From: Candidatus Borrarchaeum weybense
Lineage (GTDB): Archaea; Asgardarchaeota; Sifarchaeia; Borrarchaeales; Borrarchaeaceae
DNA length: 64,000 nucleotides
Direction: 5' to 3'
NCBI GenBank assembly: GCA_019057385.1
Contig: JAHQJS010000004.1
Span: 256,001-320,000, forward strand
Shown: one piece after another, positions 21,494-32,683 of the stretch
Numbering within the stretch: the stretch's first letter is position 1
Layout: each line of letters opens with the position of its first letter
Made by a program: the position numbers and the translations under genes
The notes under the pieces: generated by a model
Database searches by the model: none
What the model saw: only the letters and a program-made list of their open reading frames with translations
What the model was told of the DNA's origin: nothing

Positions 21494-23446
21494 TTGGATT
21501 CAATTGAAAGAGTCAAAAGTTGGAAATTTATTTTTCAAGACGATAGTAAATTTTTATCCTTAATATCGTTTCTAATATTTGTCCCAATTACTGTATTTGC
21601 ATTGTTTGTAATGACTTACTACTCTGCAAGGTTTGTAGTGGTGAATCAACTCATATTGATTATCATCGCCTTGATTATTTCTCTTTTCTTCCTTCTTTTA
21701 ATTGTTCAAAAACCAAGAATAGGTTCTCATGCCTTAATTCTTGTCTCTCTTATATATACAATCATGCTGTTCTCCTCTCCAGTTTTTTTTAATAACCAAT
21801 GGCTTCCTTATGATGATTCAAGGTACATACTTTCAGTTATCCATTCATATCTCGATCCTTCTGCTTTTGAAAGAGATCCTAGTATTGTTTATCTAAAAGA
21901 AATTCATCCACCTGGACTTCCCTTTTTAGTTATTTGCCTCTCACTAATTTCTGGGTTGGATCTCATTTTTATCTTGAAAATAATTATTTTATCTCTTGGT
22001 TATCTCACGCCTCTACTTTACTACAAAATATCAATAAATTTAACAAAAAACAAGCAATTAGGTCTTGCAACAGCATTTTTGTCCATAACCGTACCTGCAT
22101 CAATAAATATTTTTGCAATCGGTAGCTATTCTTCAATAGGGGCTTTTTTATTCTTACTAATCCTTTATTTTATGACCTTACCTTTAAAGAACTTAAAATG
22201 GCTTATTCTCATTGGAATTTCTGTAGGTATAAGTATCATATTTCATCCCTTTTCTGCACTTGCAACTGCTGTAGGAATATTTGGTCTAAGTATCCTGACC
22301 GCGATTAGGAAGCGTTCTTTTCGCCCTATAGTAGACCTCTTTGTAATAGGGATTGTAATGGTTCTTTCGAGTGCACTTTATTTAATTCAAGCACTTGGTC
22401 GAGATGCAGGTTCTTTGGTAACTCCTACATTCTTAGTGACAACAGGTGTTGGTTTAACTGGAGGAAGGGCTGAAGGATCATTAATTCAACCAGTTACCTA
22501 TCTAGTTTATCTAGCGACTGGAGGTCTATTAGATCTAAGGAACCCATTTTCTGTAGGTTTGGAAGAATTTGTCTGGATGTACCATTTTACGGTCATCCAT
22601 ATGATAGGTTTAATTGGTTCTGTTTTATTTGTCATAGGTTTTATTTGTGCCTTGAAAAGTAGAAGAGATTTGTTTTGGAAACCTTTTCCTCTCATGCTAT
22701 CGATCCTACTTCTTATTGTGTTGCTTCTCTTTTCGACACAAATTTTTGGTGTTCTTGTAACGTTAAGACCTCCAAGATATCTTCCATTCATCATTGCAGT
22801 AACTCCAATTTATTCGGGCATCGGATTCGTAAAGATACTTGATAAAGTCCAAAGAATCGAACTAAAAATATCCGCTAACTATATTAAAGCTGCATTTATC
22901 GCGTTTATATCGATCTTTGGAATACTTGAGGCGACCCTGTATCCTCCTAATTTCTATACCCCTTCAGAGCTTTACGATGCCTGTCTTTGGTTAAGAACTT
23001 ATACAGAATCCGATAATGTTGTTTCAGCTTTGCCTAGATATGCTGATTCGGTCAGAATGTATGCTAAAAGACCAACTATTTCAAGTCACGAATTAGGAGG
23101 CTTCTCTTGGATTTACCAAAATGCCTATTTCATTTGGAAAGAAACTGCAATAGACACATACAAAGCACACTTTACTCAAGAGGAAGCACAACTCATTGAA
23201 TATATTCAAAAATACTCCATCAATTTCTTTTTCATTGATAGTGAATCTTATGGAGAAAATCAAGTGGAAAGGAATCTCTATTATGATTTAAGCCCTGAAA
23301 TACTTCCATATTTGAAAAACGACAATCCTTTGTTAAATGAAATTGGTTCAAATGATATGGAGTTACATTTCTTAGAGGTCGTCTACATGAATGGAAATCT
23401 CATTATAATACATGTTTTAAACCATCGAATCGCTACATATTTCTGA
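21494..23446 (+). CDS. Polytopic GT-C-like membrane protein with C-terminal soluble domain
   Basis: PYDDSRY, HPPG, PRYLPF, ACLWLRTYTESDNVV; TTG start after GGAGG. Confidence 0.72.
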   Translation: MDSIERVKSWKFIFQDDSKFLSLISFLIFVPITVFALFVMTYYSARFVVVNQLILIIIALIISLFFLLLIVQKPRIGSHALILVSLIYTIMLFSSPVFFNNQWLPYDDSRYILSVIHSYLDPSAFERDPSIVYLKEIHPPGLPFLVICLSLISGLDLIFILKIIILSLGYLTPLLYYKISINLTKNKQLGLATAFLSITVPASINIFAIGSYSSIGAFLFLLILYFMTLPLKNLKWLILIGISVGISIIFHPFSALATAVGIFGLSILTAIRKRSFRPIVDLFVIGIVMVLSSALYLIQALGRDAGSLVTPTFLVTTGVGLTGGRAEGSLIQPVTYLVYLATGGLLDLRNPFSVGLEEFVWMYHFTVIHMIGLIGSVLFVIGFICALKSRRDLFWKPFPLMLSILLLIVLLLFSTQIFGVLVTLRPPRYLPFIIAVTPIYSGIGFVKILDKVQRIELKISANYIKAAFIAFISIFGILEATLYPPNFYTPSELYDACLWLRTYTESDNVVSALPRYADSVRMYAKRPTISSHELGGFSWIYQNAYFIWKETAIDTYKAHFTQEEAQLIEYIQKYSINFFFIDSESYGENQVERNLYYDLSPEILPYLKNDNPLLNEIGSNDMELHFLEVVYMNGNLIIIHVLNHRIATYF

Positions 23447-23576
23447 AATGATTTCTTCCTTCATTAAGTTAAATGCGGTATAAGATAACTTAAAAAGGCA
23501 CACAATTTAACAAACGAAACCCTCCATTAATTATTTCACAAATAAACGATTTGGTTACAATTTGGATGGACAAGTA

Positions 23577-25136
23577 ATGAGCGAATCAAAAACTCAGAGC
23601 ACCACAAAGAAAGTAATGACAGGAATCTACTGGAACTTAATTGGAAAAGTTCTGACGATGATAGTTACCTTACTCGTTTCAGTTGTGATTGTGAGAAGTT
23701 TAGGTGTAAGGAATTATGGTACCTATGCTTTTGTCTTTACTTTATTTTACCTGGTTGCGCCAATCTGGAAATTGGGAATTGAAGACACACTAAACAAATT
23801 TGTTCCCGAGTTTTTAGCGCTAGGCGACTCTAGTTTGGCAAAAGCCATCATAAAATATGGTGTTCTCATTCAATTAACTGTAGCGGGACTCTTTAGTATA
23901 ACAGTTTACTTTTGGATTGAGAGTCTAACAGCGACGCTAGGTTCTATAGGGTTATTTCCAAACGATCCGGAGTTAATACCCTATTTGCGATTGATTAGTC
24001 TTTGGATCGTTCCTAATTCATTTTCTGCCTTAACAGGTGTTATTTTAGTAAGCATATTTGATCAAAAATTTCTGAATATAGTTGTAGCACTGAAAAATCT
24101 CTCGACTTCTTGTTTTGTAATAGCTGTTCTATTAACTGGATTTGGAATATCTGAGATTATCATAGTAACGATTTTAGTCGAAACTTTTTTTGCGTTAGTA
24201 AAGTTCATTCGCACAGTCTTTAAATTTAGAATTCCTTCAGAATCTGCTAATACAGCTGTAGTAAGTAAAAATGTTAGAAAACGTCTAATCAGATACGCTG
24301 CAATAATGATTGCCATTCCTCTAGTCAATTTTATCATTTGGAAACGATCTGAAAATTATCTGATCGGTTTGTTTAGATCTTTGGAAGAAGTAGGTTTTTA
24401 CAATTTGGCATATTCTTCATCTCAAAACATGCTTGAGAAAACAAATCAATTAATTGGAGAAATGGGCATTGCAGCGTACGCTGAAGTACAAGTACAAGGA
24501 TTCTCAGGATTAAATAAGTCGTGTAAAATGCACGCCAAATTTCTCTACCTCTATGCAGTGCCAGTTGCCTTTGGCGCTTTAACTTTAGCTGAACAATTCA
24601 TCATAATTTTTTACACCGAGGCGATGCGTCCTTCAATATTTCCATTTCAAATACTCCTTATCGCTTTTTGTGTAGGCTTACTGGGGGCACCTATGCATAC
24701 TGCCCTCAATGTGCTTGAGAAGAATGACCTCATATTAAAAATAAATGCAGTATCAGCAGTTGCATTAGTTGCTACTCAAATATTCCTTATTACACAATTT
24801 GGCATACTGGGGGCCGTATTTGGTGTTTTAATATTTCAAATAGCAAACAATGGCTTTTTCTTATACATTACTCGCAAATATGTTGGTGGTAACTTTTTGC
24901 CAATTAAGAATCTAGCAAAGTATATTCTTTCAGGAGCATTAATGGTCTTGATTCTATTAGTTGGGAAGTTCTTTGTTATAACCGAATTATTTACTTTCAT
25001 AGCTTTCGTTTTAATAGGTGCGGGAGTTTATCTGCTTGGATTGAAATTAGTAAAGGCGTTCGATTCGGAAGATCTGCATATTATTCGCCAATCTGATTTT
25101 CCGCTAAAAAAATTTATTCTCAAGTTCTATGGCTAG
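23577..25136 (+). CDS. Wzx/MOP-family oligosaccharide flippase
   Basis: RSLGVRNYG, IG.F....EVGFYNLA, about 14 TM segments; ATG at 23577 preferred. Confidence 0.9.
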   Translation: MSESKTQSTTKKVMTGIYWNLIGKVLTMIVTLLVSVVIVRSLGVRNYGTYAFVFTLFYLVAPIWKLGIEDTLNKFVPEFLALGDSSLAKAIIKYGVLIQLTVAGLFSITVYFWIESLTATLGSIGLFPNDPELIPYLRLISLWIVPNSFSALTGVILVSIFDQKFLNIVVALKNLSTSCFVIAVLLTGFGISEIIIVTILVETFFALVKFIRTVFKFRIPSESANTAVVSKNVRKRLIRYAAIMIAIPLVNFIIWKRSENYLIGLFRSLEEVGFYNLAYSSSQNMLEKTNQLIGEMGIAAYAEVQVQGFSGLNKSCKMHAKFLYLYAVPVAFGALTLAEQFIIIFYTEAMRPSIFPFQILLIAFCVGLLGAPMHTALNVLEKNDLILKINAVSAVALVATQIFLITQFGILGAVFGVLIFQIANNGFFLYITRKYVGGNFLPIKNLAKYILSGALMVLILLVGKFFVITELFTFIAFVLIGAGVYLLGLKLVKAFDSEDLHIIRQSDFPLKKFILKFYG

Positions 25137-25146
25137 TTGAATAATA

Positions 25147-26817
25147 ATGTGGTCAATCAATAAAAATAAGATGATTCTCATCGGAATTTTGATCCTAGCT
25201 TTCCTTTTAAGGTTTCATAACCTTGGTTACGCCGAATTTACCGGTGATGAAGCCATTGTAGTGGCTAAATCCTTAGGAATTGTAAGAGCCGGAAGTTATT
25301 TCCGTAAGACTCCATTTCTTGATAAGGAAGTTAATTTTTGGACGCTTAATATCATTTTAAAGCATCATCATCCGCCAATGGAAATTACAGCACATATTCC
25401 GCTTCTAGTGTTTTTTGGAGTGACAGAATTTGTGGCGAGAATTCCTTATCTTTTTTCAGGTGTAATTTCAGTACTGCTTTTCTATAAAATTGCCGAGGAA
25501 TTGTATGGAACAACAACCGCTCATCTTGCCGCTACCTTTGCTTCAATCAATGGATATTTTATCGCATTTTCTCGCCATGTTCAGTTCATGAGTTTGTTTT
25601 TACTTTTTAGTTTATTAACAGCGTATTATTCAGTTAAATATTATAAAAGCAATGATCTAAAAGATTCTGGCCTTGCCGCATTTTTTTTGGGCTTAACTCT
25701 CTTATCACATCATTTCGGTATATTTATGGTGATTCCTTTACTTTATATAATAGTAAAAAAATGGTATGAGAACTCATTAGAAACCAAAAATCTAGTTGTC
25801 TCATTGACCATTCTAGCAATTCTTATTCTACCCTTTTTTATTCCTTGGATGTTTGCTTCATATTTTTTCCCCGAATTAATTCCTCCTGGTACTGGCTATG
25901 CTTCTACATCGCGAAGAGCCTCACCATCTCTCTATTTCAACTTCTTTATATTTCGAATATGGTTAAGATATAATCCTCTTTTTTTCTCTGTGATTTTAAT
26001 CTGCGGCACTCTGATATCTCTTTGGTTCAGAAATTGGAAACTTTATTTCTTTGTAACGTGGTTCTTAGCGTATTTTATTCCTTTAATATTCTTATTACTT
26101 CCATCGCCCACTTACACATATGTTCTTCTTGCTCCTTTGATACTTTTAGCGAGTTTCGGAATTCATAAATCATATTTTATGGTAACTGATAGAATTAGGA
26201 AAGTAAGAATAAAAACTGTGAATGTTTTTGTAATTCTTGCTGGGTTATGTTTTCTCTCTTTGTCTGTATGGAATAGTTACATCACTTTTCTTCAATATGA
26301 CATTTATCCCGCCAGCGCACCATTATTTTATAATTCTAGAAGTTATAAAACTGAACAGGATGCTCCATATGGCGCAAATTACGGAAGAAAAATCGGTTAT
26401 AAAGCAGCAGGATGGTTTATAAGGCATAATTCCAATGAAAATGATATTATTTTAGGTGATGACCCAGCTAAGGCTGCATATTATTGTGATCGTTTAATTA
26501 AAGGAGATATTAAACATCCTGAGGATTTTGAAACAATTAAAAGAGAATTACCTAAGAACCTTTTTATACTATTTCCAGCCCATCTAATAGATCAATATAC
26601 TGAAATATGGACTTTTACAGGAGAGAACTATAATTTAGTGGCAGTTGTTTCATATGACGGCCAATCAACGATGTTTATATTCGCCCCTTCACCTTCAAGT
26701 GAGGTAACTGAACTTAGTATAGAAAAGTATGAAAAATTATTCGATGAAGAGTTTGGTAGTGTTGAAAATAGCTTGTATAAGTATTTTGGCGGCTCTTATC
26801 CAATTACAATGGTCTGA
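25147..26817 (+). CDS. ArnT/PMT family glycosyltransferase
   Basis: LLRFHNLG...GDEA, HPP, GVTEFVARIP, FSRH. Confidence 0.85.
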   Translation: MWSINKNKMILIGILILAFLLRFHNLGYAEFTGDEAIVVAKSLGIVRAGSYFRKTPFLDKEVNFWTLNIILKHHHPPMEITAHIPLLVFFGVTEFVARIPYLFSGVISVLLFYKIAEELYGTTTAHLAATFASINGYFIAFSRHVQFMSLFLLFSLLTAYYSVKYYKSNDLKDSGLAAFFLGLTLLSHHFGIFMVIPLLYIIVKKWYENSLETKNLVVSLTILAILILPFFIPWMFASYFFPELIPPGTGYASTSRRASPSLYFNFFIFRIWLRYNPLFFSVILICGTLISLWFRNWKLYFFVTWFLAYFIPLIFLLLPSPTYTYVLLAPLILLASFGIHKSYFMVTDRIRKVRIKTVNVFVILAGLCFLSLSVWNSYITFLQYDIYPASAPLFYNSRSYKTEQDAPYGANYGRKIGYKAAGWFIRHNSNENDIILGDDPAKAAYYCDRLIKGDIKHPEDFETIKRELPKNLFILFPAHLIDQYTEIWTFTGENYNLVAVVSYDGQSTMFIFAPSPSSEVTELSIEKYEKLFDEEFGSVENSLYKYFGGSYPITMV

Positions 26818-26860
26818 ACATGTTTTAAATCAACTAAAAACTAAAACTGCTGTTTCTTAT

Positions 26861-28039
26861 TTAATATGAAGAGAAAACCTGCTTATAAATGTCCTCTGTT
26901 CTTTCTGCGACCGTTTTAATATCGTATTCTGTCCGCACTACATTACGTCCATGCATACCCATTTTTTTAGCCATTTTCTTATCTGATAAAAGTAGATTCA
27001 ATTTTTCAGAAAGTCTGGTGATATCTGAAAAATTATATCCGAATCCACACTTTTTTTGTTCTAATTCGAATGTGCCGCCAGTATATGCCCCAACAAATGG
27101 TGTTTCGCATGCCATTGCTTCAAGAAGCACCAATCCAAAATTTTCCCATCGACTTGGCATTGCAAGAACATTTGCACCTCTATAGCCACTTAATAGGAGG
27201 TCACGGTCGGTAAAACTGATCGGACCTGTAAATATGATGTTCTCATCAACCTGTAATTTTTTGGCCAAGTCATGACAGAGTTGCATATATCCCTTTTTTC
27301 CTTCCCAGCCAACGAACACAAACTTTGTATCGGGATTCTCACTTAACACACTGGGGATTGCTTTTATGAGATAATCTGGTGCTTTATTGCCAAAAAAATT
27401 TCCAACGAATAATACCATGTTTTCACTATTGATTTCAAATCTCTCTTTAAATAACTCTGGAGAGGGTAACTGTTCATATTTTCCGAAATCTATGCCTGGA
27501 GGAATATGGGAGACCTTTTCCTTTTCTATATTATATAGCTTCAAAATTGTAATTTGTTCATATTTCGTCCAGGCAATAACTGTGTCAGCTGCTTTCAGCA
27601 TCAAAGGAATACAAAATCTATAATAAAGCCTATTAACCCACCAACCCGATTTGTGAAGATGAGAAAAGCCAATAGGGGAGAAAATAACTGGCGTTTGGAG
27701 TAGTTTCAGCTTTTTAAATGGCAATGCAGAATCTGTAGTCCAGACATATTGCATCTGAAAGTTAATCAGATCAAATTCTTTAGCATGTCGAAGAACTGCA
27801 AGAGGATAATAGGGCTGCACACGATGATGTGGAATGCCATAAGGCTTCCATGGGATGACACCAAATCTTCTTACATTAACTCCTTCGATTATTTCTCTTT
27901 TTGGAGTTCCTGGGAGTTTATGTGTAAAAACGGTGACAGTATGGCCTTTTTCAATCAAGATTTTTGACAAATTGTGCACATAGATTTGTGCACCACCAAC
28001 TTGAGGCCAATAGGTATGGATAGTCTGAAGAATGCGCAC
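26861..28039 (-). CDS. GT4 glycosyltransferase
   Basis: PQVGGA, ENFGLVLLEAMACETP; GTG start after GAGGT. Confidence 0.93.
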   Translation of the reverse strand: MRILQTIHTYWPQVGGAQIYVHNLSKILIEKGHTVTVFTHKLPGTPKREIIEGVNVRRFGVIPWKPYGIPHHRVQPYYPLAVLRHAKEFDLINFQMQYVWTTDSALPFKKLKLLQTPVIFSPIGFSHLHKSGWWVNRLYYRFCIPLMLKAADTVIAWTKYEQITILKLYNIEKEKVSHIPPGIDFGKYEQLPSPELFKERFEINSENMVLFVGNFFGNKAPDYLIKAIPSVLSENPDTKFVFVGWEGKKGYMQLCHDLAKKLQVDENIIFTGPISFTDRDLLLSGYRGANVLAMPSRWENFGLVLLEAMACETPFVGAYTGGTFELEQKKCGFGYNFSDITRLSEKLNLLLSDKKMAKKMGMHGRNVVRTEYDIKTVAERTEDIYKQVFSSY

Positions 28040-28202
28040 TAGTTATACCTCATTTGTAGAGAATATTTGAAAAGATAGAAGTCGGTTGATCAAAAGAGTT
28101 CATATTTGTTTCTAAGATAATGGAATTTGTTCATAAATATCCTTCAGTTTGCAGTTTGTTCTTTAGAAAGAAGTATGAATAGAGGTTTAGTGAAAAGAAA
28201 CT

Positions 28203-29327
28203 TTACAAGACACTTAAATATGCCTCTTCTGTCTTGTCAAAGACGTTTGACCAATCATAATTTGCTAAAACAGAATTTCTATAATCTCTTGCATTTTCTG
28301 AAAAACGGTCATCTTTTATAACTCTAATAATTTTTTTTGCTAAATCATCTGGATCGCTATGATTGCAAAAGAAACCTGTATCATCTTCTTTTATTATGTC
28401 AAAAGCGACTCCAACTGGTGTTGACACAATTGGCTTTCCACAGGCGGCAGCTTCTACCAGAGTAATCCCAAATGATTCGTGTAATGATGGAAGAACGAAT
28501 ACATCAGCAAGAGCATATGCTTCAAGTAATGTTTTAGAATCTACACGACCCATGAAAATTACAGTATCTTGCATCCCTAAACGTTTTGCTAAGTTTTTAT
28601 ATTCGAAAATACGCTCGCCACCGCCAATTAACAAACATTTGACATCCGTTTTAAATTGATGGCGTAACTTACTTATAGCCTTAATTAGAGTATCTGTTCC
28701 TTTGTGGCCAGCCAGTTTTCCGACTGACAAGATTACTTTTTCATTCTGTAAATCAAACTTTTCTTTCAAATTGTGTTCAGGTAAATTTTGAAATCGCGAT
28801 GAATCAATTCCCGTAGGAATTTTTTGTATCTTAGATTCTTTTATATAGCGTGATAAGGTTTTAAACTCGCTTTCACATTGTGCAATAATTTTATTTGCGG
28901 ATTTGATGACTTTAATTCCAGCAGTGTTCGCGTAGATTGTTCCCCATGGATGATATTGAGGTGTAAGAAGGCATGGAGTGTTTCGTAATTTTCCACTTGT
29001 AACTGCTAAAAGTGATTGAAATGTGCAATAACCAAAACCGTGAATTATGTCAACATCTTGCACATCGGATGAAAGCAGATATGGAAACATTTGGGGCGTT
29101 ATATATCTTGGATGTTTTAGAAATCGTGACAAAAAGTGTGGTTTAAGTTTGAATCTTCTTATAATAGTACCTTCTCTAACTTCAAAATCAGGCTGATTTG
29201 GATATGCAGAAGTATAAACCGTTACGAAATGTCCTTTTTTTCTAAATCCTTGTACAATATTGTAGGCAAGGATTTGAGTACCACCAATTGATGGTGGATA
29301 TCTATGAACCATAAATAAAATCTTCAT
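28203..29327 (-). CDS. GT4 glycosyltransferase
   Basis: PSIGGT, SVGKLAGHKG, ESFGITLVEAAACGKP. Confidence 0.93.
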   Translation of the reverse strand: MKILFMVHRYPPSIGGTQILAYNIVQGFRKKGHFVTVYTSAYPNQPDFEVREGTIIRRFKLKPHFLSRFLKHPRYITPQMFPYLLSSDVQDVDIIHGFGYCTFQSLLAVTSGKLRNTPCLLTPQYHPWGTIYANTAGIKVIKSANKIIAQCESEFKTLSRYIKESKIQKIPTGIDSSRFQNLPEHNLKEKFDLQNEKVILSVGKLAGHKGTDTLIKAISKLRHQFKTDVKCLLIGGGERIFEYKNLAKRLGMQDTVIFMGRVDSKTLLEAYALADVFVLPSLHESFGITLVEAAACGKPIVSTPVGVAFDIIKEDDTGFFCNHSDPDDLAKKIIRVIKDDRFSENARDYRNSVLANYDWSNVFDKTEEAYLSVL

Positions 29328-29369
29328 TGAATCCTCACCTAACCAGTAATAAAGGACGTTCTTAAGTAA

Positions 29370-30314
29370 CTAAGGACTTTCTTTGCAATTTAAATTTCGC
29401 AATAAACGATATGGACATGTTAAAAAGGCTAGTAAAGCACCTTCTATCAACCCTACCAAATAATAAATAGAAGCTAAAAAGGAGAGTCTTTCTCGTGCAC
29501 GACTCAGAATCATATTTCCATTGTTTTTTAGAAATCCAATGAAATGTAGAATCCGAGATGCAAATATGTTTTTGAAATAGAAGTACGAATGGTTTCTTGC
29601 CCTCCAATAATCTAATTTGATATTTCTTCTAATAGCATGAGATGTTTTTGGACCAATGCGTTTATGGAACACTTTTGCTTTAGGGGCATATATAATAAGG
29701 TAATTTCTCTTTTTAAGCCTCATACATACGTCTGTTTCCTCTCGATATGCTCTACCCCCATATAAATTATCAAATCCATCCATTTCAATCAAATGTTTTT
29801 TTAAAAAACTCATATTCGTTCCTTTGATATGATCAACTTCGATTCGTTCTTCTCCTAGATCAAAATTACTAATCAATTCTCCTGATTTATCTATTTTTCC
29901 GATTATAACTTGCTTTTTCTTTTTTATTCTAACAGGTCGGTCCTCAATGATTTTTCCTCCAACTCCTCCGATTTTTGGTTTATTATAGTTCTTCAGGATT
30001 TGTTTTATCCAGTTTTCATCAGCTATCGCATCATCGTCAAGAAACGCGACGATTTCACCCCTTGATTTACAAATCCCGATATTTCTCGCTAGAGTCATGC
30101 CTTTATATTTTGTATGGATGTATTTAACAGGGTAGTTTTGTACAAGCATCGTGGTTTCATTTTTATGAGTAGTAGAACTGTCAACAACCAGCACTTCATA
30201 AGAGTTTCTGGGGAGATTCTGGCTTTTTAAGGATTCAAGGCACTCTTTTAAATCCTCTGGGCGGTTATACGTCACAACGACCACTGATATAAATAAATCA
30301 CGAGATTGTGACAA
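29370..30314 (-). CDS. GT2 glycosyltransferase
   Basis: TYNRP, ARNIG, FLDDD, GTNMSF, EETD. Confidence 0.92.
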   Translation of the reverse strand: MSQSRDLFISVVVVTYNRPEDLKECLESLKSQNLPRNSYEVLVVDSSTTHKNETTMLVQNYPVKYIHTKYKGMTLARNIGICKSRGEIVAFLDDDAIADENWIKQILKNYNKPKIGGVGGKIIEDRPVRIKKKKQVIIGKIDKSGELISNFDLGEERIEVDHIKGTNMSFLKKHLIEMDGFDNLYGGRAYREETDVCMRLKKRNYLIIYAPKAKVFHKRIGPKTSHAIRRNIKLDYWRARNHSYFYFKNIFASRILHFIGFLKNNGNMILSRARERLSFLASIYYLVGLIEGALLAFLTCPYRLLRNLNCKESP

Positions 30315-30378
30315 CTGTGTTTCATTTCCATTTATTTTTCAAGATTAAGTGATATTGTATTGAGCCTTAAGTTCAGAC

Positions 30379-30858
30379 TTAATTGGGTGAACTTTTGGAG
30401 CGGATCTTTCCAATAGCCTCTAGAATAACTGTTCCAATATGTTTGACTAAGACTAACAGCGTTAACAACAGCAATGCGATTATTGCTAATTCTTCGTTCC
30501 ACTTAGCATGTGGTATCAACGAAACATGTCCAACTTCAAAGAAAATGAAAAGCGGAATCATGGCTACACTAATGGCGAAACTCATAGCCAAAATCTCTAG
30601 TTTGTTCTTGTTCTCATAAAAGGAGAGTTGTGTGATTGCATATCCTGGGATAAAAAAAAGCAGCGGAAACGTAACGATTATCTGTATGTCATCACTTGTA
30701 TTCTTAATATTCAAGAAATTTATGGCTATGCTTCCATAAACCAGTAACCCTATATTAAAAAGAGCTTCAGCAGTAAGAAGGTCGTTTTGCCTCAAGAAAG
30801 TGATGAAAGGCAGCATTTTGTCCTTTATTATTGTAAATTTTTTTCGTATTTCAACCAT
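30379..30858 (-). CDS. DUF1616-like small membrane protein
   Basis: LLFFIPGYAIT...LEILAMSFAISVA pattern. Confidence 0.7.
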   Translation of the reverse strand: MVEIRKKFTIIKDKMLPFITFLRQNDLLTAEALFNIGLLVYGSIAINFLNIKNTSDDIQIIVTFPLLFFIPGYAITQLSFYENKNKLEILAMSFAISVAMIPLFIFFEVGHVSLIPHAKWNEELAIIALLLLTLLVLVKHIGTVILEAIGKIRSKSSPN

Positions 30859-30876
30859 ATAGGGTCCTTCTATAAA

Positions 30877-32652
30877 CTACGTTAGGCGGCTCCTGACTAA
30901 ATGAAACAATGAAATATCATTAGAATAGAAGACCAACTCTAAATAGACCACGTAGAAGTATTCATCATATTCGTCAATGGTTAATGGTCTATAAAGCTGA
31001 TGGTCAAATAAAAGTCCATAATCTAACATCGTTGAATCGATAAGAATGTACAACTCATGCCATTCTCCATCGAAATGTAACTGTCGAACAAAATCCTTTG
31101 CGATTTTCTGAGATGTTATGTTATAATAGAGGTGTAATTCATCACTTTCAATCGTTATATGTGAGTTTTCAGGAAGCCTAGATGTCAATGCAAAATCATA
31201 GCGTTTGTCTGCTAATACAACTGAGTAGTTGTTAATTTTTCCCCCCATCCATTCCAATGCAGCATAATCACGTGCATCGAGCCAATTTTGTGTAAGTGCT
31301 CCTTGTTCTGGAGTCATAAATGCACTTGACGCTCCTATTGGTATCATAAAACCAATAATTACGATATATACAACTGCAACAGCCTTTTGGAACGATAAAT
31401 TACTCAATTTGAAGCTATAATAAATTCCAATTGCTGCACAAATACAAAGTGGAAAATACATATACGCCATGAATCGAAAGATATCATAACCTGCGCCTCC
31501 TAATGGTAGAAATAAAAGAACTCCAAATGCTATCAGAAAAATTATTATCCAAACTACCAAGAAAACTGATTGCCACGTACGGAAATATTTGAAAAGAAAT
31601 AAGATCCCAAGAAAAGAACAAAGGAATATAAAGACTTTTGGAATGAGTTTAAAAATCAGCTGAGTTTGATTAACGGTGCCAAAATAGTGGGTACCACTTG
31701 GCGAGGCTATTACTTCGCTTATTAAGAAAACAAGAAGAGCTATACTTAAAGCCCAAAGAACAAAAATTCTTGTATCTGGTTCGATTTCTTCAAACGAGTA
31801 GAAAACTTCTTGATTTCTAACCAATAGGAATAAACCAACCAAGATCACTACGCTGATAAGTACAAGTGCAACTACCATCAGAGGTAATGCAGGGAATATT
31901 GCTGTGACTCTTGAAATACGGCTAATCATTCTTTCTATAAGACTAGAAAACTCTGAGTCAACATTTGTAATCCATAGATACCATGAACCGACACAGAAAA
32001 CTGCAAATAAAATTGACATCATATTTTGTTTTTGCCAAATTAGCAAAGCGATTGATATTGGAATTAGAAATAAAATGAAAATCAACACTGTCAGACGGTG
32101 CGTGAGTAGTAAGAGAAGAAAAAACACGAATGAAAAACTTGACTTCTTAAGTGGTTTTTTGCTGGAAAGATGCTCTACCCATGGATATAGTGAAAAATTC
32201 ATGAAGATGAGCCCTAGCATTTCCGGCCAAAGTAGGTTTGTAGCAAATACAAATCTATCTGCAACGAGCCCCAAAAAGATCCCTGTGATAATTGCGATTG
32301 AACAACTTTTGGTCAATTTTTGTGTAAAGATCATAACACTTAGTGTAGCTACTGTGCCCAATAATATGGGACTATATTTTGCAACAGATAATAGAGAAGT
32401 ACCCGTTAGCAACTTCAGGTATGCAAGAATTATGTGAACCGCAAAATTTGCTCCGTGATATTCCAAATCAATTTTTCCGCTATTTATTAGTTTATCTGCA
32501 ACCTGAATGTGAATCCAAGGATCAAAAGCAGAATTAAGGTTTGGGAATCTAATGATGTTATATACTCTGATAAGAAGGGTTGCTAACAAAACTAATCCTA
32601 ACATAACGTATGTTGTCTTCTGATGAAACGTCCTACGCCTTATTCTTATCAT
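30877..32652 (-). CDS. Polytopic GT-C-like (STT3-related) membrane protein
   Basis: FDPWIH in first external loop, many TMs, ALEWM...SVVLAD; no WWDYG motif. Confidence 0.68.
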   Translation of the reverse strand: MIRIRRRTFHQKTTYVMLGLVLLATLLIRVYNIIRFPNLNSAFDPWIHIQVADKLINSGKIDLEYHGANFAVHIILAYLKLLTGTSLLSVAKYSPILLGTVATLSVMIFTQKLTKSCSIAIITGIFLGLVADRFVFATNLLWPEMLGLIFMNFSLYPWVEHLSSKKPLKKSSFSFVFFLLLLLTHRLTVLIFILFLIPISIALLIWQKQNMMSILFAVFCVGSWYLWITNVDSEFSSLIERMISRISRVTAIFPALPLMVVALVLISVVILVGLFLLVRNQEVFYSFEEIEPDTRIFVLWALSIALLVFLISEVIASPSGTHYFGTVNQTQLIFKLIPKVFIFLCSFLGILFLFKYFRTWQSVFLVVWIIIFLIAFGVLLFLPLGGAGYDIFRFMAYMYFPLCICAAIGIYYSFKLSNLSFQKAVAVVYIVIIGFMIPIGASSAFMTPEQGALTQNWLDARDYAALEWMGGKINNYSVVLADKRYDFALTSRLPENSHITIESDELHLYYNITSQKIAKDFVRQLHFDGEWHELYILIDSTMLDYGLLFDHQLYRPLTIDEYDEYFYVVYLELVFYSNDISLFHLVRSRLT

Positions 32653-32683
32653 TAAAACACCATTCGTTATTGCGAATGCAGTG

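Noticed and set aside
30877-32652. Calling this ORF AglB/STT3 oligosaccharyltransferase
   Set aside because: It has a DPW loop but no WWDYG motif
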